A DNA stretch of 32,806 nt from PVC group bacterium (GTDB lineage: Bacteria; Verrucomicrobiota; Kiritimatiellia; SS1-B-03-39; PXDE01), in contig PXDE01000528.1 in assembly GCA_003566475.1 (NCBI GenBank), forward strand, positions 1 to 32,806, in the 5' to 3' direction. How positions within the stretch are numbered: the first letter of the stretch is position 1; each line of letters opens with the position of its first letter. Position numbers and translations under genes: made by a program. A model generated the notes under the pieces. The model searched no databases, was not told the origin of the DNA, and was given only the letters and a program-made list of their open reading frames with translations. This document shows positions 17,214-29,000 of the stretch, piece after piece.

Positions 17214-17221
17214 GGACGGCC

Positions 17222-17860
17222 ATGATCGGGTTGATCGGAAGGAAACTGGGCATGACCCGCGTGTTCGACGCGGAGGGGCGGCAGATCCCGGTGACGGTGA
17301 TCGGGGCCGGCCCCTGCACGGTCGTGCAGCGCAAGACGGCGGATCGCGACGGCTACGACGCGGTGCAGCTCGGCTTCGAGGAGCAGAAGGCGTCGCGGGT
17401 GGCCAAGGCCGAGGCCGGCCACAGCCGGAAGGCGGGGGAGAAGGTGTTCAAGGTGCTCCGCGAGTTCCGCCTGGACGAGGGCGAGACCGCCGAGGCCGGG
17501 ACGGAGCTCACGGTGGCCCAGTTCGAGGGGGTCCGCCATCTCGACGTCACCGCGACCTCCAAGGGCCGGGGCTTCCAGGGCGTGATGAAGCGCCACGGCC
17601 ACCGGGGCGGGCCGGCCACCCACGGGTCGGGCTGGCACCGGCGTCCGGGGTCGATCGGCCAGCGCACCTGGCCCTCGCGGGTGTTCAAGGGCATGAAGAT
17701 GCCCGGCCAGCACGGGAACCGGCAGGTGACCACCCAGAACCTGGAGGTGGTGCAGGTGCGGCCCGAGGATTCGGTGATTCTGGTGCGCGGCGCGGTGCCC
17801 GGCCCCACGGGCGGCCTGGTGCTGGTGCGGCGCAGCCTCAAGAAAGGAGCCGTGGCGTGA
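17222..17860 (+). CDS. rplC: 50S ribosomal protein L3
   Basis: MIGLIGRKLGMTRVFDAEGRQIPVTV...KGRGFQGVMKRH. Confidence 0.97.
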   Translation: MIGLIGRKLGMTRVFDAEGRQIPVTVIGAGPCTVVQRKTADRDGYDAVQLGFEEQKASRVAKAEAGHSRKAGEKVFKVLREFRLDEGETAEAGTELTVAQFEGVRHLDVTATSKGRGFQGVMKRHGHRGGPATHGSGWHRRPGSIGQRTWPSRVFKGMKMPGQHGNRQVTTQNLEVVQVRPEDSVILVRGAVPGPTGGLVLVRRSLKKGAVA

Positions 17861-18501
17861 GCACATTGCCGATTCATGACCGGTCCGGGGCCAAGGTCTC
17901 GGAGTACACCCTCGACGAGGCCCTGCTGGCGGACAAGGGCGACCCCCTCGTCCACGCCGAGGTGGTGGCCCACCAGGCCCGGGCGCGGGGCGGCAACGCC
18001 TCGACCAAGACCCGGGGCGAGGTGGCGGGGAGCAACCGCAAGCCCTGGCGGCAGAAGGGGACGGGCCGGGCCCGGTCCGGCGAGCGGACCAGCCCCATCT
18101 GGCGCGGGGGGGGGATCATCTTCGGACCCCGTCCGCGCGACTACGGCTACAAGCTGCCCAAGCAGGCGGCCCGTCTGGCCTTCCGCAAGGCGTTCAGCGA
18201 CCGGGTCCGGGAGGGCGCGGTGCGGGTGGTCGAGAGCCTGGCCCCCGACGAGCCCAGGACCAAGGTGTTCGCGGCGCTGGTGGAGGCGGTGCGTCCCGGC
18301 CCGGGGCCCGTGCTCTGCGTGGTGGCCGCCTTCGACGACGCCCTGAAGCGGGCCTCCCGCAACCTTCCGAAGGTGGCGGTGGTGCCGGCGGCGCAGGTCA
18401 GCACCTTCGATCTCGTGAAGTACCGGAACGTGGTGGTGGCCCAGGACGCCCTGCCCATCCTGGAGACCCGCCTGGGCCGGCGGGGGAGGAGCCCCTCGTG
18501 A
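17857..18501 (+). CDS. rplD: 50S ribosomal protein L4
   Basis: The GTG start overlaps the rplC stop (GTGA). Has KPWRQKGTGRARSG...PIWRGGGIIFGPRPRDY. Confidence 0.96.
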   Translation: MSTLPIHDRSGAKVSEYTLDEALLADKGDPLVHAEVVAHQARARGGNASTKTRGEVAGSNRKPWRQKGTGRARSGERTSPIWRGGGIIFGPRPRDYGYKLPKQAARLAFRKAFSDRVREGAVRVVESLAPDEPRTKVFAALVEAVRPGPGPVLCVVAAFDDALKRASRNLPKVAVVPAAQVSTFDLVKYRNVVVAQDALPILETRLGRRGRSPS

Positions 18502-18785
18502 GCAAGCATCCGTCCACCATCGTCCACCGCCTGCTGGTCACCGAGAAGGGAACCCTGCTCAAGGAGCGGGAGAACCAGTTCCTGTTCCAGGTCGACCGGG
18601 GCGCCAACAAGCTCGAGGTGAAGCAGGCCGTCGAGCAGTTGTTCAAGGTGAAGGTCACCGGGGTGAACCTGATGACCCGCAAAGGCAAGAAGAAGCGCGA
18701 GCGGAGTCCGAACTACGGACGGACCTCCGACTGGAAGCGGGCGGTGGTGACGCTGGCCCCGGGCCACACCATCGACCTGACCTGA
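18498..18785 (+). CDS. rplW: 50S ribosomal protein L23
   Basis: 95 aa with LLVTEKGT...[24 protein letters not shown]. Confidence 0.95.
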   Translation: MSKHPSTIVHRLLVTEKGTLLKERENQFLFQVDRGANKLEVKQAVEQLFKVKVTGVNLMTRKGKKKRERSPNYGRTSDWKRAVVTLAPGHTIDLT

Positions 18786-18795
18786 GGATCGACCC

Positions 18796-19620
18796 ATGGG
18801 CATTAAGAACTACCGAGCACTGACCCCGAGCCTGCGGACCACCCAGGGTTCGGACTTCGACAGCGTGACCAAGGACCGCCCGGAGCGGAGCCTGATCAAG
18901 CCCCTGAAGTCCAAGGCCGGCCGCAACCATCATGGCCGCATCACCGTCCGGCACCGGGGCGGGGGGCACAAGCGCAAGTACCGGGTGATCGACTTCCGGC
19001 GGGACAAGCACGGGGTGCCGGCCAAGGTGGCGGCGATCGAGTACGACCCGAACCGGTCGGCCCGGATCGCCCTGCTGTTCTACCGGGACGGCGAGAAGCG
19101 CTACATTCTGGCCCCCGACCAGCTCAAGGTGGGGGACCGGGTGGAGTCGGGGCCGGACGCGGAGGCCCGGGTGGGCAACGCCCTGCCTCTGGCGCGGATT
19201 CCGCTGGGCCTGCCCGTGCACAATCTGGAGCTGCAGCCGGGCCGCGGCGGACGCCTGGTCCGGGGCGCGGGCGGCGGGGCCCAGATCATGTCCCGCGAGG
19301 GCGGCTACGCCCAGATCCGCCTGCCATCGGGCGAGATCCGGCTGATCCGCTCCGACTGCTACGCCACGGTGGGCCAGGTCGGCAACTCCGAGCACCAGGC
19401 CCGGAGCCTGGGCAAGGCCGGGCGCAAGCGCTGGCAGGGCATCCGGCCCACCGTGCGGGGCGTGGCCATGAACCCGGTGGACCATCCCATGGGCGGCGGC
19501 GAGGGCCGGGCCTCGGGCGGCCATCCCGAGTCGCCGTGGGGCTGGCAGACCAAGGGCCACCGCACCCGCAGCCGGAAGAACGCATCCAACCGCTTTATCG
19601 TGAAGAGAAGGAGCAAGTAA
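18796..19620 (+). CDS. rplB: 50S ribosomal protein L2
   Basis: 274 aa with [19 protein letters not shown]...[17 protein letters not shown]. Confidence 0.97.
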   Translation: MGIKNYRALTPSLRTTQGSDFDSVTKDRPERSLIKPLKSKAGRNHHGRITVRHRGGGHKRKYRVIDFRRDKHGVPAKVAAIEYDPNRSARIALLFYRDGEKRYILAPDQLKVGDRVESGPDAEARVGNALPLARIPLGLPVHNLELQPGRGGRLVRGAGGGAQIMSREGGYAQIRLPSGEIRLIRSDCYATVGQVGNSEHQARSLGKAGRKRWQGIRPTVRGVAMNPVDHPMGGGEGRASGGHPESPWGWQTKGHRTRSRKNASNRFIVKRRSK

Positions 19621-19623
19621 GGC

Positions 19624-19908
19624 ATGGCACGCTCGCTGAAGAAGGGCCCCTTCGTGGACGACAGCCTCTACCGGAAGGTGGAGGCCATGAACGCCTCGGG
19701 ATCGAAGCGCCCGATCAAGACCTGGTCGCGGCGGTCGATGATTCTCCCGGAATTCGTGGGCCACACGTTTTCCGTGCATAACGGCAAGACCTTCGTCTCC
19801 GTGTTCGTGACCGAGAACATGGTGGGGCACCGGCTGGGCGAGTTCGCCCCGACCCGGACCTTCCGCCGTCACGGCGCGACCACGGACCGGACGGTGACGC
19901 TGAAGTAG
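19624..19908 (+). CDS. rpsS: 30S ribosomal protein S19
   Basis: [12 protein letters not shown]...[34 protein letters not shown]. Confidence 0.97.
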   Translation: MARSLKKGPFVDDSLYRKVEAMNASGSKRPIKTWSRRSMILPEFVGHTFSVHNGKTFVSVFVTENMVGHRLGEFAPTRTFRRHGATTDRTVTLK

Positions 19909-19939
19909 GGACGGAGGCGGCGGTCGCCGCCAGGAGCGG

Positions 19940-20503
19940 ATGGGCATGGCGTTCTCGCGCGGGCTGGCGGCCGGGACGGCCATCATCGGGCTGCTGGTGG
20001 CGGCGGGCCTGGCCACCCGGTACCTGGAGCCGGGGGAGGGGCGCGGCCCCGCGCCGGCGGCGCGGGACGGGTCGGAGGCCGAGACCATCCGGCGGCTCCG
20101 CCTGGAGCTGGAGGAGGCGCGGCTGGTGGCCCGGACGCTGGCCGAGGAGAATGCGGCCCTGCGAAGGGCGGCGGGGGGCGGACCGGGGCCTGGACCGGGC
20201 TGGGTGCCCACGGTGCCGGCCCGGACGCCGGGGCCGGCCCCGGAGAGGCCGGCGGCGCCGGTCGAGCTGAGCGTGGTGGATGTGAACGAGGACCTCGACA
20301 CCGTGGTCCTGGATGGCGGACAGGACCGGGGGCTGGCCCCCGGGATGGAATTCGATGTGATCCGCGGCGGCCGGGTGGTCGCCCGGGTGAAGGCGGAGGA
20401 AGTCCGCGGCTCCCTGACCGGAGCCCGGATGGTGGTGGAACTCGTGGCCGACGGGTACCCGCAGGTCGGGGACCGGGCGCGGCGGCGGGCCGATAACGAC
20501 TAG
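19940..20503 (+). CDS. Hypothetical single-pass membrane protein (TM, coiled-coil, Pro/Gly linker, small beta-rich C-terminal domain) inserted between rpsS and rplV
   Basis: 187 aa that exactly fills the rpsS-rplV gap on the same strand. AGGAG is at 19932-19936, with ATG at 19940 or 19946. GC3 is strongly elevated, as in neighbouring genes. Has a TM helix (LAAGTAIIGLLVAAGLA), heptad-like AETIRRLRLELEEARLVARTLAEENAALRRA, then VVDVNEDLDTVVLDGGQDRGLAPGMEFDVIRGGRVVARVKAEEV. Confidence 0.65.
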   Translation: MGMAFSRGLAAGTAIIGLLVAAGLATRYLEPGEGRGPAPAARDGSEAETIRRLRLELEEARLVARTLAEENAALRRAAGGGPGPGPGWVPTVPARTPGPAPERPAAPVELSVVDVNEDLDTVVLDGGQDRGLAPGMEFDVIRGGRVVARVKAEEVRGSLTGARMVVELVADGYPQVGDRARRRADND

Positions 20504-20516
20504 ACAGGTGAAGACG

Positions 20517-20852
20517 ATGGATGTGCAGGCAGTGACAAAGTATGTGCGGCTCTCGCCGACCAAGGCCCGCGATCTCGCCCGCGAGATCCAGGGCAAGCCG
20601 GTGTCGGAGGCGCTGCGGATCACCGAGTTCAACAAGCGCAAGGCCGCGGTGCATCTGGGGCAGACCCTGAAGTCCGCCCTCGCCAACGCGGAGAACAACC
20701 TCGACCTCTCGGTGGACGACCTCATCGTGAAGACCGCGGTGGTGGACGCGGGCCCGACCTTCGGACGGTTCTGGGCCCGGTCGAAAGGCATGGCCTCGCC
20801 GATCATCCGGCGGACCAGCCATATCAAGATTGTGTTGACGGACGGGAAATAA
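20517..20852 (+). CDS. rplV: 50S ribosomal protein L22
   Basis: MDVQAVTKYVRLSPTKARDLAREIQGK.... The SD AGGTGA (20505-20510) lies 6 nt before ATG 20517. The ORF track's GTG 20508 start is less likely. Confidence 0.95.
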   Translation: MDVQAVTKYVRLSPTKARDLAREIQGKPVSEALRITEFNKRKAAVHLGQTLKSALANAENNLDLSVDDLIVKTAVVDAGPTFGRFWARSKGMASPIIRRTSHIKIVLTDGK

Positions 20853-20895
20853 TCCGGACAATAGCCCGCTTTTCCCCAGCTAAGGAGCAACGGTT

Positions 20896-21561
20896 TTGGG
20901 CCAGAAAGTAAACCCCAACGGATTCCGGGTCGGCGTGAGCAAGCAGTGGCGCAGCCGCTGGTTCGCCGGCCGCGACCAGGAATTCGGCGACATGCTGCAC
21001 GAGGATCTCCGGATCCGGACGATGATCAGGCGGCGCCTCCGGGACGCGGCGGTGCCCGAGATCATCATCGAACGCCATGGCAATCTGGCCAGGGTCACCC
21101 TGTTCACCGCCCGTCCGGGCATCGTCATCGGGCGCAAGGGGGCGGACATCGAACGGCTGCGGGCGGATCTGGGCCAGGCCACCGGGCGCGACATCTACGT
21201 CGAGCTCAAGGAGATCAAGGAGCCGGACACCGACGCCCAGCTCGTGGCCGAGAACGTGGCCATGCAGCTCGAGCGCCGGATCTCGTTCCGCCGGGCCCTC
21301 AAGCGGGCGGTCCAGCTCGCCCTCGACCTCGGGGTGCAGGGCATCCGCATCCAGGTCAGCGGGCGGCTCAACGGGGCCGAGCTCTCGCGCACGGAATGGT
21401 ACAAGGAGGGCAAGGTGCCCCTCCACACCCTGACCGCGCCGGTCCAGTACGGGTTCGCCGAGGCCCGCACCACGGCGGGCCGGATCGGGGTGAAGGTCTG
21501 GATCTGCAAGAAGGAGGGCCAGTCGGCCAGCCGGGAGGTGAACCATGCCACTCATGCCTAA
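20896..21561 (+). CDS. rpsC: 30S ribosomal protein S3
   Basis: TTG start (20896-20898), 8 nt after AAGGAG. Has (M)[12 protein letters not shown]...KH domain...GRLNGAE. Confidence 0.95.
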   Translation: MGQKVNPNGFRVGVSKQWRSRWFAGRDQEFGDMLHEDLRIRTMIRRRLRDAAVPEIIIERHGNLARVTLFTARPGIVIGRKGADIERLRADLGQATGRDIYVELKEIKEPDTDAQLVAENVAMQLERRISFRRALKRAVQLALDLGVQGIRIQVSGRLNGAELSRTEWYKEGKVPLHTLTAPVQYGFAEARTTAGRIGVKVWICKKEGQSASREVNHATHA

Positions 21562-21961
21562 ACGCGTGAAGCACCGGATGGTGCAGCGCGGGAGCCGGGC
21601 CGGCCTCGCCCACACCGGGAACGAGGTCTCCTTCGGAGCCTTCGGCCTGCAGTCGCTGGGCCGGGCCTGGGTGACCAACGTCCAGATCGAGGCCTGCCGG
21701 GTGGCCATCAACCGCCACCTCAAGCGCAAGGGCAAGGTCTGGATCCGGATCTTCCCCGACAAGCCGGTCACCGCCAAGCCCCTGGAGGTCCGCATGGGCA
21801 AGGGGAAGGGCAACATCGAGGACTGGGTGGCCGTGGTCAAGCCCGGGCGCATGCTGTTCGAGGTGGACGGGGTGCCCGAGAGCCTGGCCCGCGAGGCCCT
21901 CCGCCTGGCCGCCACCAAACTCCCCATCCGCACCCGGTTCGTGAGCCGGCAGGCCGCCTGA
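21545..21961 (+). CDS. rplP: 50S ribosomal protein L16
   Basis: [11 protein letters not shown]...[23 protein letters not shown]. Overlaps the rpsC end. Confidence 0.96.
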   Translation: MPLMPKRVKHRMVQRGSRAGLAHTGNEVSFGAFGLQSLGRAWVTNVQIEACRVAINRHLKRKGKVWIRIFPDKPVTAKPLEVRMGKGKGNIEDWVAVVKPGRMLFEVDGVPESLAREALRLAATKLPIRTRFVSRQAA

Positions 21962-21980
21962 GCGCCCCGGAGACCCGCCG

Positions 21981-22190
21981 ATGAAGATCGAAGATGTGAA
22001 GAAACTCAGCGACGAGGAGGTGGCCCAGGCCGTCCTGGACACCCGTCAGGAGCTGTTCAACCTGCGGCTCCAGCAGTCGACCGGCCAGCTCGAGAACCCG
22101 GCCCGGCTGCGGACCCTGCGCCACGACGTGGCCCGCCTGCTGACTGTGCAACATGAACGGGCGACCGCCCAGCCAAGGACTTCGTCATGA
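21981..22190 (+). CDS. rpmC: 50S ribosomal protein L29
   Basis: 69 aa with [33 protein letters not shown]. Confidence 0.93.
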   Translation: MKIEDVKKLSDEEVAQAVLDTRQELFNLRLQQSTGQLENPARLRTLRHDVARLLTVQHERATAQPRTSS

Positions 22191-22459
22191 CGGAAGCGGC
22201 ACGAGGCATGCGCAAGACCCGGGAAGGCCGGGTGGTGAGCGCGGCCATGGACAAGACCATCGTGGTGGCGGTGGAGCGGAAGGTCCCCCACCCCCTGTAC
22301 GGCAAGCGGGTGGCCCGCCGGACCAAGCTCTACGCCCACGACGAGGACAACACCGCCCGCGTCGGCGACCGGGTGCGGATCGTGGAGTCGCGCCCCCTCA
22401 GCCGCACCAAGCGCTGGCGGCTGGTCGAGGTGATCGAACGCGCCGAGCCCGTCGGCTGA
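22187..22459 (+). CDS. rpsQ: 30S ribosomal protein S17
   Basis: [27 protein letters not shown]...[18 protein letters not shown] overlap with rpmC. Confidence 0.95.
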   Translation: MTEAARGMRKTREGRVVSAAMDKTIVVAVERKVPHPLYGKRVARRTKLYAHDEDNTARVGDRVRIVESRPLSRTKRWRLVEVIERAEPVG

Positions 22460-22472
22460 GGAGTCCCGAACC

Positions 22473-22838
22473 ATGATCGCAGTGGAAACCAGTCTCAACG
22501 TGGCCGACAACACCGGGGCCCGGCGGGTGCAGTGCATCCGGATCCTCGGCCACCGCCGGCAGTTCGCCCATCTCGGCGACGTGATCCGGGTCACCGTGAA
22601 GGAGGCCCAGCCCAACGGCATGGTCAAGAAGGGCGAGATCCACCGGGCCCTCATCGTGCGCACCCACCATCCGGTGAAGCGTCCGGACGGGTCGGAAATC
22701 CGGTTCGACTCCAACGCGGTGGTCATCATCGACGACCAGGGCAACCCCCGGGGCAGCCGCATCTTCGGACCGGTGGCCCGGGAGCTGCGCGAGCGCAATT
22801 TCATGAAGGTGATCTCCCTGGCCCCGGAGGTGCTGTGA
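22473..22838 (+). CDS. rplN: 50S ribosomal protein L14
   Basis: [26 protein letters not shown]...[25 protein letters not shown]. Confidence 0.97.
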   Translation: MIAVETSLNVADNTGARRVQCIRILGHRRQFAHLGDVIRVTVKEAQPNGMVKKGEIHRALIVRTHHPVKRPDGSEIRFDSNAVVIIDDQGNPRGSRIFGPVARELRERNFMKVISLAPEVL

Positions 22839-23107
22839 TGGCGGCGGCGCGGACCAAGATCCATCTCCGCCGGGGCGACCAGGTGGAGGTCATCCGGGGC
22901 GCCCACCGCGGGGCCTCGGGCAAGGTGCTGCACGTGGACCGGGCGGCCGGACGGGCCACCGTGGAGGGCGTGAACCTCGTCAAGAAGCATATCAAACGGA
23001 ACCAGGACCAGCCCCAGGGCGCCATCGTCGACCGCGAGGCCGGCCTGGCCATCTCCAATCTCCGGGTCAGGGAGCGGGCGGGCGGCCGCCGCAAGGACAA
23101 GTCATGA
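22838..23107 (+). CDS. rplX: 50S ribosomal protein L24
   Basis: The ATG at 22838 overlaps the rplN stop. 89 aa with KIHLRRGDQVEVIRGAHRGASGKVLHVD...EGVNLVKKH (KOW motif). This is the in-frame C-terminal part of ORF 22532-23107. Confidence 0.93.
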   Translation: MAAARTKIHLRRGDQVEVIRGAHRGASGKVLHVDRAAGRATVEGVNLVKKHIKRNQDQPQGAIVDREAGLAISNLRVRERAGGRRKDKS

Positions 23108-23649
23108 GCCTCAGGACGACCTATCAGGAAACCATTCTTCCCCAGCTCCGTCAGGAGGGGGCGTACCCCAACGTGATGCAGGTCCCGCGGGTGCTGAAAG
23201 TGGTGGTGAACTCCGGATTCAAGGGCACGGTCGACCACGACACGGTGACCGCCGTGCGCGACGCCCTGGCCCAGATCACGGGGCAGCGGCCGGTAATCAC
23301 CCGGGCCACCAAGAGCATCTCGAACTTCCGGCTCCGCGAGCATATGCCCATCGGGGTGAAGGTGACCCTGCGCGGGGCCCGGATGTACGACTTCCTGGAG
23401 CGGCTGATCCACACCACCCTTCCGCGCATCCGCGACTTCCGGGGCGTGTCCCCGCGCGGGTTCGACGGGCGGGGGAACTACAGCATGGGGCTCCGGGACC
23501 AGACGGTTTTCCCCGAACTCGACCCGGCCCGGCAGAAGACGACGTTCGGAATGGACATTTGCATTGTCACCAGCGCGGGCACCGACGCCGAGGCCCGTAC
23601 GCTGCTGGACAAGCTGGGCATGCCCTTCGCACGCCCGGCGGGAACGTAA
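23104..23649 (+). CDS. rplE: 50S ribosomal protein L5
   Basis: 181 aa with [11 protein letters not shown]...[22 protein letters not shown]...RDFRG. Confidence 0.96.
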   Translation: MSLRTTYQETILPQLRQEGAYPNVMQVPRVLKVVVNSGFKGTVDHDTVTAVRDALAQITGQRPVITRATKSISNFRLREHMPIGVKVTLRGARMYDFLERLIHTTLPRIRDFRGVSPRGFDGRGNYSMGLRDQTVFPELDPARQKTTFGMDICIVTSAGTDAEARTLLDKLGMPFARPAGT

Positions 23650-23662
23650 CAGGAGAGAACAG

Positions 23663-23848
23663 GTGGCCCGTAAGGCATTGGTGCTGAAGGCGCAGAGACG
23701 CCCCAAATTCGCGGTCCGGCAGGTGAACCGCTGCAATCGCTGCGGACGCCCCCGGGCGTTCATCCGCAAGTACCGGCTCTGCCGGATCTGCTTCCGGGAG
23801 CTGGCCTCCGAGGGCCAGATCCCCGGCGTGGTCAAGTCGAGCTGGTGA
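23663..23848 (+). CDS. rpsN: 30S ribosomal protein S14, zinc-binding short (type Z) form
   Basis: GTG start 6 nt after AGGAGA. 61 aa: (M)[47 protein letters not shown]...SSW, with CxxC...CxxC. Confidence 0.93.
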   Translation: MARKALVLKAQRRPKFAVRQVNRCNRCGRPRAFIRKYRLCRICFRELASEGQIPGVVKSSW

Positions 23849-23875
23849 CCGGACGGCGAAGGAGATATCGCAGAC

Positions 23876-24274
23876 ATGAGCATGAGTGATCCCATCGCCG
23901 ACATGCTGACCCGGATCCGCAACGCGGCCCGGGCCGGCCTGCCATCGGTCCGCATTCCCCAGTCCCGGCTCAAGGCCGAGATCGCCCGCATCCTCCGGCG
24001 CGAGGGCTACCTCACCGGCATGGAGGTCGAGCCCAACGACGGCAAGCCGATGCTGCGGCTCGACCTCAAGTACGGGCCCGACCGCCAGCCGGTGATCCAG
24101 GGCCTGCGCCGGGTCAGCCGGCCCGGCCTGCGGCAGTACCGGCCCAGCCCCAGCCTTCCCAAGGTCCTCAACGGCCTCGGGGTGGCCATCATCAGCACCT
24201 CCCAGGGGGTGCTCACCGACCGGGAGGCCCGTCACCGCAAGATCGGTGGCGAGGTGCTCTGTCACATCTGGTAA
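23876..24274 (+). CDS. rpsH: 30S ribosomal protein S8
   Basis: MSMSDPIADMLTRIRNA...GGEVLCHIW. Confidence 0.96.
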   Translation: MSMSDPIADMLTRIRNAARAGLPSVRIPQSRLKAEIARILRREGYLTGMEVEPNDGKPMLRLDLKYGPDRQPVIQGLRRVSRPGLRQYRPSPSLPKVLNGLGVAIISTSQGVLTDREARHRKIGGEVLCHIW

Positions 24275-24297
24275 CCGATTTCCGAGGAACGTCCGTC

Positions 24298-24834
24298 ATG
24301 TCACGAATTGGAGTGTTGCCGGTGCCCGTGCCCAGCGGGATCACCGTGGAGATCGCCCCCGGGCGGATCCAGGCCAGCAAGGGGAACGAGAAACTCAGCG
24401 TGGCCGTGCCCCCGGTGCTGAGCGTGGAGCACAAGGACGGCCAGGTGCGGGTGTCCCGCGCCGCCGAGACCGCCCAGGCCCGGGCCCACCATGGCACCGT
24501 GCGGAGCCTCATCGAGAACATGTTCGAGGGGCTCGACAAGGGCTTCCGCAGGGAGCTCGAGATTCAGGGCGTGGGCTTCCGGGCCCAGGTCCAGGGCCAG
24601 AAGCTCACCATGAACATCGGGTTCTCCCATCCCATCGAATACACCATCCCCGACGGGGTGACGGTGACCGCGCCCGACGCCACCCACCTGGTGGTGACGG
24701 GAACGGACAAGCAGCAGGTCGGCCTGGTGGCCGCCCGGATCCGGGAGTACTACCCGGCCGAGCCCTACAAGGGCAAGGGCATCCGGTACCAGGGCGAGCA
24801 GGTCCGGCGCAAGGCCGGCAAGGCGGTGTCGTAA
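24298..24834 (+). CDS. rplF: 50S ribosomal protein L6
   Basis: [17 protein letters not shown]...[21 protein letters not shown]. Confidence 0.96.
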   Translation: MSRIGVLPVPVPSGITVEIAPGRIQASKGNEKLSVAVPPVLSVEHKDGQVRVSRAAETAQARAHHGTVRSLIENMFEGLDKGFRRELEIQGVGFRAQVQGQKLTMNIGFSHPIEYTIPDGVTVTAPDATHLVVTGTDKQQVGLVAARIREYYPAEPYKGKGIRYQGEQVRRKAGKAVS

Positions 24835-24835
24835 C

Positions 24836-25198
24836 ATGAGAGTCAAGACCAGTCAGGAACGGCGCATCCGGCGCCATCGCCGGGCGCGTCGGCGGATGCA
24901 GGGCACCCCCGAGCGCCCCCGCCTCGCCGTGTTCACCTCGGGCCGGCATGTCTACGCCCAGGTCATCGACGATCGGCATGGACGGACCCTGGCCTCGGCC
25001 TCGAGCTGCGAGAAGGGCTTCGAGCGCCCGGCCGGCGCCCGGGGCCTCGAGGTGGCCGCCACGGTGGGCCGCCTGGCCGCCGAACGGGCCCGCGCGGCGG
25101 GCCTGGACAAGGTGGTGTTCGACCGCGGGGGCCTCACCTACGTGGGCCGGGTCAAGGCCCTGGCCGAAGCCGCCCGCGAGGCCGGACTGAACTTTTAA
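24836..25198 (+). CDS. rplR: 50S ribosomal protein L18
   Basis: 120 aa with [20 protein letters not shown]...[27 protein letters not shown]. Confidence 0.95.
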   Translation: MRVKTSQERRIRRHRRARRRMQGTPERPRLAVFTSGRHVYAQVIDDRHGRTLASASSCEKGFERPAGARGLEVAATVGRLAAERARAAGLDKVVFDRGGLTYVGRVKALAEAAREAGLNF

Positions 25199-25210
25199 CG
25201 GAGCAAGCGC

Positions 25211-25735
25211 GTGAGCCAGAAACGAATGGAACGAAGGTCGGACCGGGGCGGGGACCGTCCCGCCTCCGAGTACGAGGAGCGGGTGGTGTTCGTCAACCGC
25301 TGCGCCAAGGTGGTGAAGGGCGGACGCCGGTTCAGCTTCAGCGCCCTCATCGTGGCGGGCAACCGCAACGGCAAGGTCGGCTACGGCATCGGCAAGGCCA
25401 ACGAGGTGGCCGATGCCATCCGCAAGGGGACCGAGGCGGCCCGGCGCAACGTGATGCCGGTGACCCTCTACCAGCACACCATCCCCCACGAGATCCAGGC
25501 CCGGCACAGCGGGGCCCAGGTGCTGCTGCGCCCGGCCTCGGACGGGACCGGGGTGATCGCGGGCGGGGCCTGCCGGGCCGTGCTCGAGCTGGCCGGGGTG
25601 CGCAACGTGCTGGCCAAGTCCCTGGGCAGCAACAACGCCAACAACGTCACCCTGGCCACGGTCAAGGCCCTCGAGGGCCTGCGCTCGCGCGACGAGACCC
25701 TGGCCCTGCGCGGCATTTCGGTAGGAGAGAGCTAG
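25211..25735 (+). CDS. rpsE: 30S ribosomal protein S5
   Basis: GTG start. Has VVFVNRCAKVVKGGRRFSFSALIVAGNRNGKVGYGIGKANEV. Confidence 0.95.
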   Translation: MSQKRMERRSDRGGDRPASEYEERVVFVNRCAKVVKGGRRFSFSALIVAGNRNGKVGYGIGKANEVADAIRKGTEAARRNVMPVTLYQHTIPHEIQARHSGAQVLLRPASDGTGVIAGGACRAVLELAGVRNVLAKSLGSNNANNVTLATVKALEGLRSRDETLALRGISVGES

Positions 25736-25737
25736 TC

Positions 25738-26178
25738 ATGGATCTGCACAACCTCCACGGGGCGCCCCGCCAGCGGCGCAAGCGGGTGGGCCGCGGCCAC
25801 CGGTCCGGCATGGGCAAGACCTCCACCCGCGGCCACAAGGGCCAGATGGCCCGGGCCGGGGCCAGCCACAAGCCGCTGTTCGAGGGCGGTCAGATGCCCC
25901 TCGTCCGCCGCATCCCCAAGCGCGGCTTCACCAGCAATTTCGGAACCGAGTACGTCACCGTCAACCTGCCCGCCCTGGCCCGGTTCGAGGAGGGCGCGGA
26001 GGTCACCCCGGACCGCCTGCGCGCCGCCCGGCTGGCCCGGGGGCCCAAGGGCACCCGGGTGAAGATCCTCGGCCGCGGGGAGATCGACCGCAAGCTCACC
26101 GTCCGCGCCCATGCCTTCAGCGCCTCGGCGCGGGCCAAGATCGAGGCGGCCGGCGGAACCTGCGACGTGATTTCCTGA
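25738..26178 (+). CDS. rplO: 50S ribosomal protein L15
   Basis: RVGRGHRSGMGKTSTRGHKGQMARAG...FEGGQMPLVRRIPKRGF. It follows rpsE directly, with no rpmD (L30) between them. Confidence 0.95.
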   Translation: MDLHNLHGAPRQRRKRVGRGHRSGMGKTSTRGHKGQMARAGASHKPLFEGGQMPLVRRIPKRGFTSNFGTEYVTVNLPALARFEEGAEVTPDRLRAARLARGPKGTRVKILGRGEIDRKLTVRAHAFSASARAKIEAAGGTCDVIS

Positions 26179-26201
26179 ACCCCCGCCCGGGAGGGTAGCC
26201 G

Positions 26202-27560
<1,359 letters not shown>

Positions 27561-27573
27561 CCGCGGGCCGGCC

Positions 27574-28242
27574 ATGGAGATCCTCATTCTGCTCGGGGCC
27601 CCGGGGTCGGGCAAGGGCACGGCCGCCGGGTTCATCGCCGGGCAGGGAGGGTTCACCCACATCTCGACCGGCGACATGTTCCGCGAGGCCATCCGCCGCC
27701 GCACCGCGGCGGGCAGGGAGGCCGACCGCCACATGGGCGGCGGCGACCTCGTGCCCGACGACATGGTCATGGCCATGATCCGCGAGCGCCTGAGCTGGGA
27801 TCCCCCCCGCACCCGCTACGTGTTCGACGGGTTCCCCCGCACCGTGCCCCAGGCGGCCCTGCTCGACCGCCACCTCGGGAAGGAGTCCGGACGCATTCTG
27901 GCCGTCATCCTCCTGGACGTGCCCTCCGAGGTGCTGGCCGTGCGGCTGACCGGCCGCCGGGTCTGCCCGGCCTGCGGGGCCATCTTCCACACCGCCAACC
28001 GGCCGCCCCGGCAGGAGGGCGTCTGCGACGCCTGCGGAGGTTCCCTGATCCGCCGCGATGACGACCACGAGACCACCATCCGGCGGCGCCTCGACGTCTA
28101 CCGCCAGCGCACCGAAGGCCTGGTCGAGTACTACGAGACCCGCCACCTGCTCCGCCGGATCGACGCCTCCGGCCCTCCGGCCGACGTCCACCGCGACCTG
28201 GCCCGCCACCTCGATCTCCCCGGGGAGGCCGCGCCGTGCTGA
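27574..28242 (+). CDS. adk: Adenylate kinase (with 4-Cys zinc-type lid)
   Basis: P-loop LLGAPGSGKGT. The lid has CPACG...CDACG, plus RRDDDHETTIRRRL. Confidence 0.95.
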   Translation: MEILILLGAPGSGKGTAAGFIAGQGGFTHISTGDMFREAIRRRTAAGREADRHMGGGDLVPDDMVMAMIRERLSWDPPRTRYVFDGFPRTVPQAALLDRHLGKESGRILAVILLDVPSEVLAVRLTGRRVCPACGAIFHTANRPPRQEGVCDACGGSLIRRDDDHETTIRRRLDVYRQRTEGLVEYYETRHLLRRIDASGPPADVHRDLARHLDLPGEAAPC

Positions 28243-29000
28243 TCAACCTCAAGACGCCCGACGAGCTCGAGGCCATGCGGCGCAGCGCCCGGGTGGCCGC
28301 CGAGGTGCTCGACGCGGTCATGGACGCCGTGCGTCCGGGCATCACCACCCGGGATCTGGACGAGCTGGCCGCCGCCCTCATCGCCGAACGGGGCGCCCGG
28401 AGCGCCTTTTTCGGCTACCGCGGCTATCCCGGGAACACCTGCGTGTCGGTCAACGAGCAGGTGGTGCACGGCATTCCGGGCGACCGGGTGATCCGGCCGG
28501 GGGACCTGGTGAGCGTGGACGTGGGGGTGGTGTTCGAGGGCTTCATCGGGGACAACGCCCGCACCGTGATCCTGGACCCGGTGCGCCCGGAGCTGGCCCG
28601 GCTGCTCGAGGCCTCGGAAGCGGCCCTCGAGGCCGGGATGGCCAGGGCGGTGGCCGGCAACCGGCTCTCCGACATCTCCCACGCCATCCAGAAGACCGCC
28701 GAGGCGGCCGGGTTCTCGGTGGTCCGCGACTACGTGGGCCACGGGGTGGGGCGGACCATGCACGAGGAGCCGCAGATCCCCAACTACGGGCCCCCGGGCC
28801 GGGGACCGGTCCTCCGGCCCGGCATGACCCTGGCCCTGGAGCCCATGATCAACCTCGGCCGCCCCGAGACCGAGGCCCTCAGCGACGGGTGGACGGTGCT
28901 CACCCGGGACCGCAAGCCGTCGGTCCATGTGGAGCACACGGTGGCGGTGGGGAAGGACGGCCCGGAGGTGCTGACATGGCGGCCGAAAAAAAAGAGATGA
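28236..29000 (+). CDS. map: Type I methionine aminopeptidase
   Basis: 254 aa with a GTG start. Has [35 protein letters not shown] and HVEHTVAV metal-ligand blocks. Confidence 0.95.
   Translation: MLINLKTPDELEAMRRSARVAAEVLDAVMDAVRPGITTRDLDELAAALIAERGARSAFFGYRGYPGNTCVSVNEQVVHGIPGDRVIRPGDLVSVDVGVVFEGFIGDNARTVILDPVRPELARLLEASEAALEAGMARAVAGNRLSDISHAIQKTAEAAGFSVVRDYVGHGVGRTMHEEPQIPNYGPPGRGPVLRPGMTLALEPMINLGRPETEALSDGWTVLTRDRKPSVHVEHTVAVGKDGPEVLTWRPKKKR

Noticed and set aside
28058-28975. Long plus-strand ORF (382 aa) overlapping adk and map.
   Set aside because: It is out of frame with adk and map and has Arg/Gly/Pro-rich composition. Only its final 76 codons (from ATG 28976) correspond to a real gene, infA.
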